From the NCBI GenBank assembly GCA_964586355.1, contig CAZPGO010000054.1, positions 1 to 11,292 on the forward strand: a stretch of 11,292 nt of DNA, given 5' to 3'. Shown one piece after another: positions 1 to 7,568 of this stretch (position 1 is its first letter; every line of letters starts with the position of its first letter). The DNA is from an uncultured archaeon (GTDB taxonomy: Archaea; Iainarchaeota; Iainarchaeia; Iainarchaeales; CSSED10-239). Position numbers and translations under genes: made by a program. A model generated the notes under the pieces. That model saw only the letters and a list, made by a program, of their open reading frames with translations. It was not told the DNA's origin and ran no database searches.

Positions 1-157
1 ACAGATTTTGATCTAAAATTAATAAATTTCATAAGAATCAATTCCAATATAAATTAAAGAAGTAATAAGATAAAAAGATTTAAATAGTTAACTAAAAAAA
101 AATTTATTAATAAAAAAATAGTTTCTTTTTCTAAGCTTTCTTTGTAAAAAAAGGTTA

Positions 158-229
158 CGCCCTAGACGGGAGTCGGACCCGTCCCGCAACCTCGACAGGG
201 TTGCATCCTAACCGATAGACTACTAGGGC
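158..229 (-). tRNA. tRNA-Asp: tRNA-Asp (anticodon GUC), 72 nt, CCA not encoded
   Basis: The reverse complement folds by hand into a cloverleaf. Acceptor stem is GCCCTAG/CTAGGGC (7 bp). D stem is GTCT/GGAT with an 8-nt loop. Anticodon stem is CAACC/GGTTG with loop CTGTCGA (anticodon GTC). Variable region is CGGG. T stem is ACGGG/CCCGT with loop TCCGACT. Discriminator is G, followed by TAACC rather than CCA. The segment is a sharp GC-rich island in AT-rich DNA. Confidence 0.9.
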
Positions 230-313
230 ATTATTTAGAAAAAACAGATCTAAATTAATACAAATTATATGCTACAAAATATTTATAAAGGTTAAAGAAT
301 ACCACTCTTACCC

Positions 314-910
314 CTAAACCTTTTGCTTTCTTTTGTTTATTTTGTGCCTTATTATAAAAAATAAAATAATTGCTCCAAAAACCCCTAAGATCAAATAATT
401 TGCCCACTTTAAAATGCCTGTGGATATAGTTAAACCAAAACTATAACCTAAATAGGTTAAAAAGAACATCCAGATTCCAGATCCTAAAGCAGTATAAAAA
501 ATAAATTTGAAAAAGTTCATTTTGGAAAAACCAGCAGGAATAGAAACATATTGCCTTACAACTGGTATTAATCGACCTATAAAGGTAGCAAGAGATCCGT
601 GCTTTACAAAAAATTCTTCTGATCTTTTAAGATGCTTTTCTTTTATAAAAAAGATCTTTTTGTGTTTTAATAAATAACTTCTTCCCAAATACCTTCCAAT
701 ACCATAATTAACAATAGCACCAAAAACAGAGCCAAATATTCCAAATAGAACCACAGGTAAAAACTCTAAAGTACCAATAGACACTAAATACCCTGCAGGA
801 ATCATTATTGCTTCTGATGGGAAAGGTATAAATGAGCTTTCTATACTCATAAGTATAAAAATACTAAAATAACTTAGACTATGAAGTAAGATCTCTAAAA
901 TATGTAACAT
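314..910 (-). CDS. dedA: DedA-family (VTT/SNARE-associated domain) integral membrane protein
   Basis: 198-aa ORF with several hydrophobic helices. It carries DedA-type motifs: ES..IPFPSEAIMIPAGYL, GAIVNYGIGRYLGR, KHG....FIGRLIPVVRQYVSIPAG..KM. Confidence 0.85.
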   Translation of the reverse strand: MLHILEILLHSLSYFSIFILMSIESSFIPFPSEAIMIPAGYLVSIGTLEFLPVVLFGIFGSVFGAIVNYGIGRYLGRSYLLKHKKIFFIKEKHLKRSEEFFVKHGSLATFIGRLIPVVRQYVSIPAGFSKMNFFKFIFYTALGSGIWMFFLTYLGYSFGLTISTGILKWANYLILGVFGAIILFFIIRHKINKRKQKV

Positions 911-969
911 AATTTTTCTTTATTTAAATATATAATAAAATAAAAAGCCTAAAACATTTATAATATGTT

Positions 970-1761
970 CTATAAAAACAAAGAAAATAAGAAAAACAAC
1001 AACAAAGACAAAGGAAGCAAAATAATAACATAAAGAGCAGATTTTCTTGAACTGTTTTCTATTAATCCTAAATATATTCCTGATATTATGGAATATTCTA
1101 TTATGTAGATAATAGTACAAACATAAGAAATAACAAAAACATCACTAGCAATGGTAGTTAGAGAAACATTAGATCTAAGATTATTAATTAAAGAAATAAC
1201 AACACCTAAGATACCAGGAACAATTAATCCACCAGCAAAAAGAACAGTGTATTTTTGCATTAGTAACATTGATTCTCTTTCAGAGAGCAATTCCTTTGAC
1301 TCTATAAACTGTGTTGCTAGTTTTTTATAATCCTTATTACTTACAACACCAGTAGTAATAGATAACAACAAAAGATCCAAAAATCTTGTAAGTATTATAG
1401 ACTCATACTTTTTTTTTAGAATTTCAAAAACAGATCTAGGGTTATGACCGTTATTTATTTTATCATAAACAAAACTAAATTCCTCAGAAATTATATTATT
1501 TTTAGAAAACTTTAATTTTTTTAAAATGTTTTTTAGATCATTACTTTTTGGATAAGAAGAGATTATCATTAACTCATCTATTATTGCTATTTCTAGTTTT
1601 TGTTTCTTAATTAAGAATTTATATCTTTTAAAAATACCATTAAACAAAAAACCAAACACCAAAATACCAACAAATATTCCTAGAAACAAATAAATATTTA
1701 GATCTAGAATAAATAAAAATAATAACAAAGGCAATAACAAAAATAATCTTTTAGATTTCAT
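970..1761 (-). CDS. Type II secretion system F-domain-like membrane protein (TadC/FlaJ-like platform subunit, second of two)
   Basis: 263-aa ORF with N-terminal TM helices, a helical cytoplasmic segment of about 120 aa, then 3-4 C-terminal TM helices. This is the topology of a single T2SSF repeat. It starts 13 nt downstream of the preceding platform-like gene on the same strand. Sequence similarity is weak, so the call rests on topology and context. Confidence 0.55.
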   Translation of the reverse strand: MKSKRLFLLLPLLLFLFILDLNIYLFLGIFVGILVFGFLFNGIFKRYKFLIKKQKLEIAIIDELMIISSYPKSNDLKNILKKLKFSKNNIISEEFSFVYDKINNGHNPRSVFEILKKKYESIILTRFLDLLLLSITTGVVSNKDYKKLATQFIESKELLSERESMLLMQKYTVLFAGGLIVPGILGVVISLINNLRSNVSLTTIASDVFVISYVCTIIYIIEYSIISGIYLGLIENSSRKSALYVIILLPLSLLLFFLFSLFL

Positions 1762-1774
1762 ATTTTCTCAAATT

Positions 1775-2506
1775 TTACATATTTGCCCTCATAAACAAAA
1801 GCAAAAATAAATCAATTACTGGAAACAAAACAACAGTTACAAAAATAATAGTGGTTTTTGAGAGGGAGAACTCCAAAAAAGAAGCACCAATTAAAAAAAA
1901 CATTAAAAATATTGCAGGAACTACTGCTGAAATTACTATAAATATCAAACTAATAAAGTTTAACTTGGTAGAATATCTTTTAGAATCTGATTTTTGTTTC
2001 TCTATTATGGTTTTAGATAAGGTTCTTAGGTTATCTGATTTATTTGTACCACCACTAGTAACAGTATCTGTTATTTGATAAAGAGATCTACTTAGGTTTT
2101 CTGTCTTAATTGATAAAGAACTAAAAGCCTTTTCTAAAGAGTATCCTTTTTTATTAATCTTATCTAGTCCTTGCTTAAGTAACACCCCTAAATCTTTATT
2201 TTCAAAGATCTTAGACTCAATTTCTAAAGCAGACTTTAAAGAGATCCCTTTCTCTAAATTATTTGCAAGATTATTTAGAAAATATGGAAGGTCTTGATCT
2301 ATTCTTTTTACAAGATCTCTTTGTTTTATTATTTCTAAAAAATATATTATAAGAAAATAACTAATAGCAACAGAGAATAATAAAAAAAACAGTTGAAAAA
2401 AAGTAATCTCTAAAAATATGTTATTTAATAAAAAATATAATAACAAAAAAGAAAACTCAATAATTAAAAATAAAAAAAACTGTTTTTTAGTAAAGATCTG
2501 TTTCAT
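1775..2506 (-). CDS. Type II secretion system F-domain-like membrane protein (TadB/FlaJ-like platform subunit, first of two)
   Basis: 243-aa ORF with two N-terminal TM helices and a cytoplasmic helical domain (DLPYFLNNLANNLEKGISLKSALE...GYSLEKAF...LYQITDTVTSGG) resembling the T2SSF pattern, followed by C-terminal TM helices. Its ATG overlaps the ATPase stop codon (ATGA at 2503-2506), which implies translational coupling. Confidence 0.62.
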   Translation of the reverse strand: MKQIFTKKQFFLFLIIEFSFLLLYFLLNNIFLEITFFQLFFLLFSVAISYFLIIYFLEIIKQRDLVKRIDQDLPYFLNNLANNLEKGISLKSALEIESKIFENKDLGVLLKQGLDKINKKGYSLEKAFSSLSIKTENLSRSLYQITDTVTSGGTNKSDNLRTLSKTIIEKQKSDSKRYSTKLNFISLIFIVISAVVPAIFLMFFLIGASFLEFSLSKTTIIFVTVVLFPVIDLFLLLFMRANM

Positions 2507-4203
2507 ATTTTATTTCCTAGTTTAGAGATTTTAAATTTATTAATAAGTTTTAAGGAGTTATTTTTTTTAATTAAAATGTTTTTCTTAGAATCGTATTCAA
2601 ACAACTTATTTAGAAATATCTTTTGTTTAGTATTATCAAAAACAACTTCAGAGATCTCCATAATCTTTCTTCTTTCAATTATTTGATCTTTGTTATATTC
2701 ATTATATCTTCTTTGATTAATAATTAGATCAATGGAGCCAATATCTTGCTCCAAAACCCCATAAGATCTTAATCTTAAAATAGCATCATTAGAGGACTGT
2801 GCATGAATGGTGGTATATGTGCCTTTTGCTTGCCCACAAAGAATTGAGTCAATCAAAGACAATATCTCTTCTTTTGATCTAACTTCTCCAATAATCACTC
2901 GGTCTGGTCTCATTCTTAAAGTGTTTATTACTAAAGAATCAAGTAATATATTTTGATCCTTATTTACAATTAATGAAACCTTATGAGGATGAGAAATATT
3001 AATCTCCCTTACCTCCTCAACTAAAACCATTCTCTCCGACTTAGGAATAAATTCTAAAAGAGCATTTAGGGTTGTTGTTTTTCCTGAACCTGTGTTACCA
3101 CAAACAAATATATTTGAATCTGTTAAAAAAGCTTTTTTTAAAAAATTAAAAACTTCTTTAGTAATTATCTTTTGGGATAATAGATCAGTAACAGTAAACG
3201 GGACAACAGGAAATTTTCTAATAGTAATGGATATAGAATCAGTTATGGGATTTATAACAGCATTAAGTCTAGTGTGGTTTTTTAGAGTTATGTCTAACAA
3301 AGGATTTTTTAAAGTTATATATTTACTAGACTCCCAGCTCATTTTGTTAATTAGATCCTTTAAACAGTCTAAGGATTTATAGACAATATTTGTTTTTAAC
3401 CAGCCAAAGTTTTTATGATAAACAAAAGCGGATTCATCTATATCAAAGATTACAATCTCCTCTAGATCATTATCCTTTAGCATTAAAGACAAAGGACCAA
3501 GATCAGATAAAATATTTACAGCACACTCTAAAATATACTTAAACTGATCATCATCAAGCTCAATAGAATTATTAAAACAATAATTTACAAGTATTTCATC
3601 AAGATCTTTTTTTATACTTTCAGTTATTTCCATATTATCTATTTCTTTGTTTGTGTGATCTGTTTTATAATTATCTAAAATGTCGTTTATTAGTTCTATT
3701 TCTGATAAAGAAAGCTTTTGATAATTAACAATATATCTCTTTTCATTATTTTTGTCAATTATAACAGAAGAATCTAGAGAGAGAGTTTTTTCTGTTTTTA
3801 TATCTTCTACTATAAAACCAAAATACTTAGACAAAATCTCTTTTTCTTTTATTTCATTTTCATCAACAAGTTCAAGCATTTCTTTATTATTATAAAAACA
3901 AGGCATCAGAAAGGAATTATTGAAACAGAGATCACATTTTTTTGCTTTATTTTTAATTAAAACAATAGCATTGTTCTTACAAGCTTTTACACAAGCCCCA
4001 CAACCAACACATTTTTTTGAATCTATGGTAACTATTCCTGTTTTTGAATCTTTTTTTATAGCTCCATATTTACAAGCCTTAAGACAAAGAGGGTCTTGAC
4101 AATTAACACAGTTAAAGACATTAATATGCTTCTCTTTAAAATTATAGGGACAATTTAGGAAAAGATCTTTCTCTGGTTTTTCTGATTTTAGTTTAAGATA
4201 CAT
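2503..4203 (-). CDS. Type II/IV secretion-system ATPase (FlaI/PilB/TadA-VirB11 superfamily) with an N-terminal 4Fe-4S ferredoxin-type domain
   Basis: 566-aa ORF. Walker A is GNTGSGKTTT (nt 3070-3099). The Asp/Walker B box is RMRPDRVIIGEVRSKE. The His box is GTYTTIHAQS. The N-terminal ~105 aa contain 12 Cys arranged as ferredoxin-type cluster motifs. Confidence 0.9.
   Translation of the reverse strand: MYLKLKSEKPEKDLFLNCPYNFKEKHINVFNCVNCQDPLCLKACKYGAIKKDSKTGIVTIDSKKCVGCGACVKACKNNAIVLIKNKAKKCDLCFNNSFLMPCFYNNKEMLELVDENEIKEKEILSKYFGFIVEDIKTEKTLSLDSSVIIDKNNEKRYIVNYQKLSLSEIELINDILDNYKTDHTNKEIDNMEITESIKKDLDEILVNYCFNNSIELDDDQFKYILECAVNILSDLGPLSLMLKDNDLEEIVIFDIDESAFVYHKNFGWLKTNIVYKSLDCLKDLINKMSWESSKYITLKNPLLDITLKNHTRLNAVINPITDSISITIRKFPVVPFTVTDLLSQKIITKEVFNFLKKAFLTDSNIFVCGNTGSGKTTTLNALLEFIPKSERMVLVEEVREINISHPHKVSLIVNKDQNILLDSLVINTLRMRPDRVIIGEVRSKEEILSLIDSILCGQAKGTYTTIHAQSSNDAILRLRSYGVLEQDIGSIDLIINQRRYNEYNKDQIIERRKIMEISEVVFDNTKQKIFLNKLFEYDSKKNILIKKNNSLKLINKFKISKLGNKI
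3898..4152 (-). other. Fe-S cluster-binding (4Fe-4S dicluster, CooF/DmsB-like) domain within the ATPase ORF
   Basis: Cys residues fall at aa 18, 32, 35, 40, 44, 65, 68, 71, 75, 90, 93 and 102. The motifs are CvnCqdplClkaC (C-x2-C-x4-C-x3-C), CvgCgaCvkaC (C-x2-C-x2-C-x3-C) and KCDLC-x8-C, the last resembling the KCDLC motif of CooF/DmsB/HybA-type subunits. Confidence 0.7.
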
Positions 4204-4335
4204 ACCAATAAATATAATATTTATATAAAAAAGCCCTATATGTGATTTTTTTGTGTATTTTAGAGAATATTTGGTAAAAGGTTAAATTTATTAAAATCTT
4301 TCATCTTTATATATTTAATAAAAGAAAGAAAAAAT
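4204..4335. promoter_or_regulatory. Divergent intergenic region with candidate archaeal TATA boxes for the ATPase operon (-) and the Prs-like operon (+)
   Basis: TTTATATAAATA-like element on the minus strand at about 4217-4228, roughly 15-25 nt upstream of the ATG at 4203. CTTTATATATTT at about 4303-4314, roughly 25-30 nt upstream of the ATG at 4336. No clear Shine-Dalgarno sequence is present, consistent with leaderless or short-leader archaeal transcripts. These are AT-rich motifs in AT-rich DNA, so specificity is low. Confidence 0.3.
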
Positions 4336-5259
4336 ATGGAAAAAGAATATATAATAATGGCACCACAAAAAGATCTGCCACTAGCAACAGCGATTGCTGA
4401 TAAATTGGATTTACCTATTGCTGGTATAGATCTTAAAAAAATAAATGAGTCTGAAACTGTTGTGGATATTAAAAGTTATGTAAACCATAAAACTGTGTTT
4501 TTAATATTTAATCTAAACACTCCAATAAACGATTCATTAATGAATCTTTTTTTCACATCTGATCTTTTAAAGAAACAAGGAGCTCAAAAAATTCATCTTT
4601 TTTTACCATATTTTCCATATACAAAAATACCTGATGATCTAATAACCTCTATAGATCTAAACCTTATTATTAGATTTATTGAGGTCTCTGGAATAGACTC
4701 TATCTATACCTTTGATATGTTTAATCCACAGATAACTAGTGCAATAAATATTCCTATATATAATATTTCTATGAAAAGAGTATTTAGTAAAACATTAGAA
4801 GAAAAATATAGATCTAATAAGGATCTGGTAGCTACAACAATTGATTTTGAATTTCAATATAGGGCAAGAGATATAGCTAAAGAAATTAAAAGTAAATTTG
4901 TAACTGTTAACAAATATTTTAAAGACTTTGAAGAAACCTATGAAATTGAAAGCAACATAAATAACAAAGATGTGTTAGTTATTGGAAACCTAATAGTCTC
5001 AGCACAAATACTTACCAACTTTGCAAATTATCTTACAACAAAAGGAGCAAGAACAGTATCTATTCTTGCAACTCATGGAGTGTTTAGTGAAGGTGCTGTA
5101 AATAGATTAGAAAAGAGTGTGATTAAAGATATTTATGTGTGTACTGCAGCAAAACAAAAATATTCAAAAAAAATAAAAGTGATTTCATATATTAATATTA
5201 TTAAAGAAATAATAGAAAGAATAATTGATCAAAAAAGCATAAAAAGCTATACCAACTAA
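4336..5259 (+). CDS. Ribose-phosphate pyrophosphokinase (Prs)-like protein, PRTase fold, with degenerate catalytic motifs
   Basis: 307-aa ORF whose overall layout matches class I Prs. It has an N-terminal 'IIMAPQKDLPLATAIADKLDLPIAGIDLKKINESETVVDI..V..K.VFLI' segment, LPYFPY, and a strong C-terminal match ILATHGVFSEGAVNRL. The YARQDR, DLH, SPDxGG and DDxIDTGGT motifs are all replaced (see findings). Confidence 0.75.
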   Translation: MEKEYIIMAPQKDLPLATAIADKLDLPIAGIDLKKINESETVVDIKSYVNHKTVFLIFNLNTPINDSLMNLFFTSDLLKKQGAQKIHLFLPYFPYTKIPDDLITSIDLNLIIRFIEVSGIDSIYTFDMFNPQITSAINIPIYNISMKRVFSKTLEEKYRSNKDLVATTIDFEFQYRARDIAKEIKSKFVTVNKYFKDFEETYEIESNINNKDVLVIGNLIVSAQILTNFANYLTTKGARTVSILATHGVFSEGAVNRLEKSVIKDIYVCTAAKQKYSKKIKVISYINIIKEIIERIIDQKSIKSYTN

Positions 5260-5274
5260 ATAAAGGACAAAAAT

Positions 5275-6327
5275 ATGATAACAGATAAAAAAATGCAAAA
5301 AGTTATTGGAGAGTTAATTACTCTTGCTAATAATGAGATAAAACTCTCAAGAGATCAACAACTAAATGTTATAGATCTAATTATAGAAAGAAGAGCACAA
5401 GATCAACCACAACTCTCTATTGAAAAAATACTTAGAGATCTAACAGCAAATATTCAAAGATCAGAATCACCAATGGCATATATTAGTCTTTTAAATAAAT
5501 ATGATCTGATTGAACAAAAGGAGCAAAAAATATTTGCACAAAAAATAAAATTAATAGCAGATATTGAACTTAAACTTTCTGAACAAAAACACATTAATCC
5601 AGCAGAATATGAAAGATATATAGAACCTTTGTTTAAATTACCTTTAAATCAAAAACTAAAACTATTTAATCAATCAGAAATTAAGAAAAAACTAAATAAA
5701 GCAACTACGATTTTAAGTAGATATAGAACATTAGTAAACATGTATTTAAAAAGCTCAGGAGAAAAAAAAGAAAAAATAAATTATTTATTAGAAAAAACAA
5801 GGCACAAAATAAAAACAGAAGTGCATCAAATATACTCTGAAATTAGTACAGATATAAAAAATCAGCAAATAAGAAACTCTAGAAAAGAAAGATCTGGGTT
5901 TAGAATGCTAGCAAAAAATGCAGAAACTAAAAAAGAGATAGATTATATTATGCTTCTTGGAGGTAATAAAGAAAATGCAAGATCATGGGAAAATGGATGT
6001 ATAGATTTTTCTAAAATACCTAGCACAAGAGAACTTTACATAGATCTATTAATAAAAAGAATAAAAGATAAAAAAACATTAACAGAAAGTGAATTTTATA
6101 GTTTTATAAACATCTTAACCAACACCATAGTAGAAAAAAGCCCAAACAAAAATAAGAATGCTATTAGAGAGAAACTTATAAAAGATCTATCCCATAATAG
6201 ATGCCTAGATCATATACTATTAAAATTAAAAAATCTAGGAGTCCTAAAAAAAGAAACACATAAAAAATTCTTTGAGGAACAAAAAGAAAGAATAGCAAAA
6301 AACATCAAATCTAAAAGAAGAAAATGA
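5275..6327 (+). CDS. Hypothetical lysine-rich, predicted all-helical protein (ORFan)
   Basis: 350-aa uninterrupted ORF starting 15 nt after the Prs-like stop. An AAGGA Shine-Dalgarno-like element lies about 8 nt upstream of the ATG. It has a very basic C-terminal tail (KNIKSKRRK) and no motif I recognise. Confidence 0.6.
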   Translation: MITDKKMQKVIGELITLANNEIKLSRDQQLNVIDLIIERRAQDQPQLSIEKILRDLTANIQRSESPMAYISLLNKYDLIEQKEQKIFAQKIKLIADIELKLSEQKHINPAEYERYIEPLFKLPLNQKLKLFNQSEIKKKLNKATTILSRYRTLVNMYLKSSGEKKEKINYLLEKTRHKIKTEVHQIYSEISTDIKNQQIRNSRKERSGFRMLAKNAETKKEIDYIMLLGGNKENARSWENGCIDFSKIPSTRELYIDLLIKRIKDKKTLTESEFYSFINILTNTIVEKSPNKNKNAIREKLIKDLSHNRCLDHILLKLKNLGVLKKETHKKFFEEQKERIAKNIKSKRRK

Positions 6328-6360
6328 TTTAAAAATCTTTTGGTGTTTTGACTTTATTTC

Positions 6361-6411
6361 CTATATATATGGCTTTCTATCTATAATATATATATTAAAT
6401 AATTAAAAAAA
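6361..6411 (+). promoter_or_regulatory. Candidate TATA-box region, preceded by oligo-T tracts that could terminate the upstream operon
   Basis: CTATATATATGG and TATAATATATATATT lie 20-35 nt upstream of the PPC-domain ORF start. T-runs (CTTTT, GTGTTTT, CTTTATTT) at 6337-6360 follow the ORFan stop. The context is weak and AT-rich. Confidence 0.25.
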
Positions 6412-6921
6412 GTGGTAAAAATGATAAAAAGTAGATATAATGATGTACAAGAATCAAAAGACACCATTCTAGAAGTAGTTTTAGATGATGGAGACGAGTT
6501 TCTTGAATGTATTGAAAGATCTTTTGAACAAAATGATATAAAGAAAGCATCATTATTAAGTGCTATTGGCACCTTAAGGGATCTAAAGATAGCAACCACA
6601 AAGATAGGGTCAATTAGACAAAAAGTATATGAACAACCATGCCTTATAACAAATGTTTCAGGAGACTTTACAAAGACAAAAAACGGAGAATATATGGGTG
6701 ATGTTCATATATCTCTTGCAAGAGATGCAATACATAAAGTAAATGGGGTATTACTTAAAGGTCTTTCTCATGGAGAAGTGAAATTAAAGTTTAAGGTTAT
6801 AACAGATCTTTCTATTGGAGTTATAAAAATGCCAGAAGAAAAAAGGAATATTACTTTAGTAAAAGAAAAAATATTAGAAGAAACTTATTCTAAACCAAAA
6901 AAGCCCTTTATTGTTTCATAA
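6412..6921 (+). CDS. PPC (DUF296, 'plants and prokaryotes conserved') domain protein
   Basis: 169-aa ORF with the DUF296 pattern: EVVLDDGDEFLECIERSFEQNDIKKASLLSAIGTLRDLKIA ... SGDF ... GDVHISLA ... V.G.LLKG ... EVKL. The track start is GTG at 6412. The ATG at 6421, preceded by GTGGT, is an equally plausible true start. Confidence 0.7.
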   Translation: MVKMIKSRYNDVQESKDTILEVVLDDGDEFLECIERSFEQNDIKKASLLSAIGTLRDLKIATTKIGSIRQKVYEQPCLITNVSGDFTKTKNGEYMGDVHISLARDAIHKVNGVLLKGLSHGEVKLKFKVITDLSIGVIKMPEEKRNITLVKEKILEETYSKPKKPFIVS

Positions 6922-6926
6922 ATACT

Positions 6927-7481
6927 TTATTCTTCAACACTAAAAATCTCTTTTTTAGTGTATCCTAGTTTTTTTGCAAGTTCTTTGTGTTTTTCATTAT
7001 CTATAATATTATTATACTGAACAACTATATTATTATACTTAGCAATAGCTTCTCTTACCAAAACATCTGCTTGGTTGATCTCTTCAGTTGCTTTTTGATA
7101 TTTTTGATTATCTTTTAGGACATCTTGATATTTTTCTAAAATTAAGAAGGACTTTTGTAAAGTGTCATTAACTTTATCATTAACCATCATAAAACTAGTA
7201 AAATTATCAGCATATTTAAACTCTGATCTCATTCTTAAAAGATCAGCTAGTACATTTTTTTCTTTTAAATCTACATTTTCTAAAGAGTCTACTAAAGTAG
7301 CTATTGTTTCATCTCTTTTTTTTAACGAATTTAATAAATTTTTCCAAGACTTAACAATTTCAGATCTTTTTTCCAAAAGCTCGTTTTTTGGAGTTTTTTT
7401 TCTTTTTTTTAATATTAGAAAATAAACTAATAAAAAAGAAATTAGAACAGCCAGAAAAATAAAAATTATTAATAAACTCAT
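6927..7481 (-). CDS. lemA: LemA-family membrane-anchored protein
   Basis: 184-aa ORF with a single N-terminal TM helix followed by a KKRKK stop-transfer. LemA-like motifs are present: SW.NL...LKKRDE.I..LV, then YQ..L....Y......I......V..A...YNN.V..YNN.I......LAKKLGY..KE.F. Confidence 0.8.
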   Translation of the reverse strand: MSLLIIFIFLAVLISFLLVYFLILKKRKKTPKNELLEKRSEIVKSWKNLLNSLKKRDETIATLVDSLENVDLKEKNVLADLLRMRSEFKYADNFTSFMMVNDKVNDTLQKSFLILEKYQDVLKDNQKYQKATEEINQADVLVREAIAKYNNIVVQYNNIIDNEKHKELAKKLGYTKKEIFSVEE

Positions 7482-7568
7482 ATTTAATCACATTTTTTTA
7501 TGTTTTATAATATATAGTAGTTAGAATAATATATAAAATCTTCTTTTTTTACAAAAACACAGTAAAAT

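Noticed and set aside
1-157. Possible small gene or ncRNA in the AT-rich left edge
   Set aside because: There is no ORF of meaningful length, no GC-rich structured segment and no repeat. It is most likely intergenic spacer containing the tRNA 3' flank (T-runs).
158-313. tRNA-Asp as an integration hotspot flanking a genomic island
   Set aside because: There is no integrase, no duplicated tRNA 3'-end fragment (a GC-rich copy would stand out by eye) and no compositional break. The neighbouring genes look like ordinary chromosomal content.
920-1120. 66-aa ORF overlapping the 3' end of the TadC-like gene on the same strand in another frame
   Set aside because: It has a low-complexity composition driven by AT-richness, lies almost wholly inside a longer ORF with better support, and has no motifs.
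1851-2078. 75-aa plus-strand ORF antisense to the TadB-like gene
   Set aside because: It is an antisense shadow ORF inside a well-supported CDS with no recognisable features.
3092-3382. 96-aa plus-strand ORF antisense to the ATPase gene
   Set aside because: It overlaps the Walker A region of a confidently called ATPase on the other strand and is a typical shadow ORF.
6412-6423. GTG at 6412 as the true start of the PPC-domain gene
   Set aside because: This is not rejected outright. The ATG at 6421, preceded by GTGGT, is at least as likely. The difference is 3 codons and cannot be resolved from sequence alone.
6381-6599. 72-aa minus-strand ORF overlapping the start of the PPC/DUF296 gene
   Set aside because: It is antisense to a CDS that has clear domain motifs, it extends into the promoter-like TA-rich spacer, and nothing supports it.
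7394-7410. A8-G-A8 homopolymer pair in the lemA coding sequence (KKRKK) as a slippage or frameshift site
   Set aside because: Lys-rich stop-transfer segments encoded by AAA runs are routine in AT-rich genomes. The frame is intact and there is no alternative-frame ORF continuation.
7162-7425. 87-aa plus-strand ORF antisense to lemA
   Set aside because: It is a shadow ORF within a motif-supported CDS.
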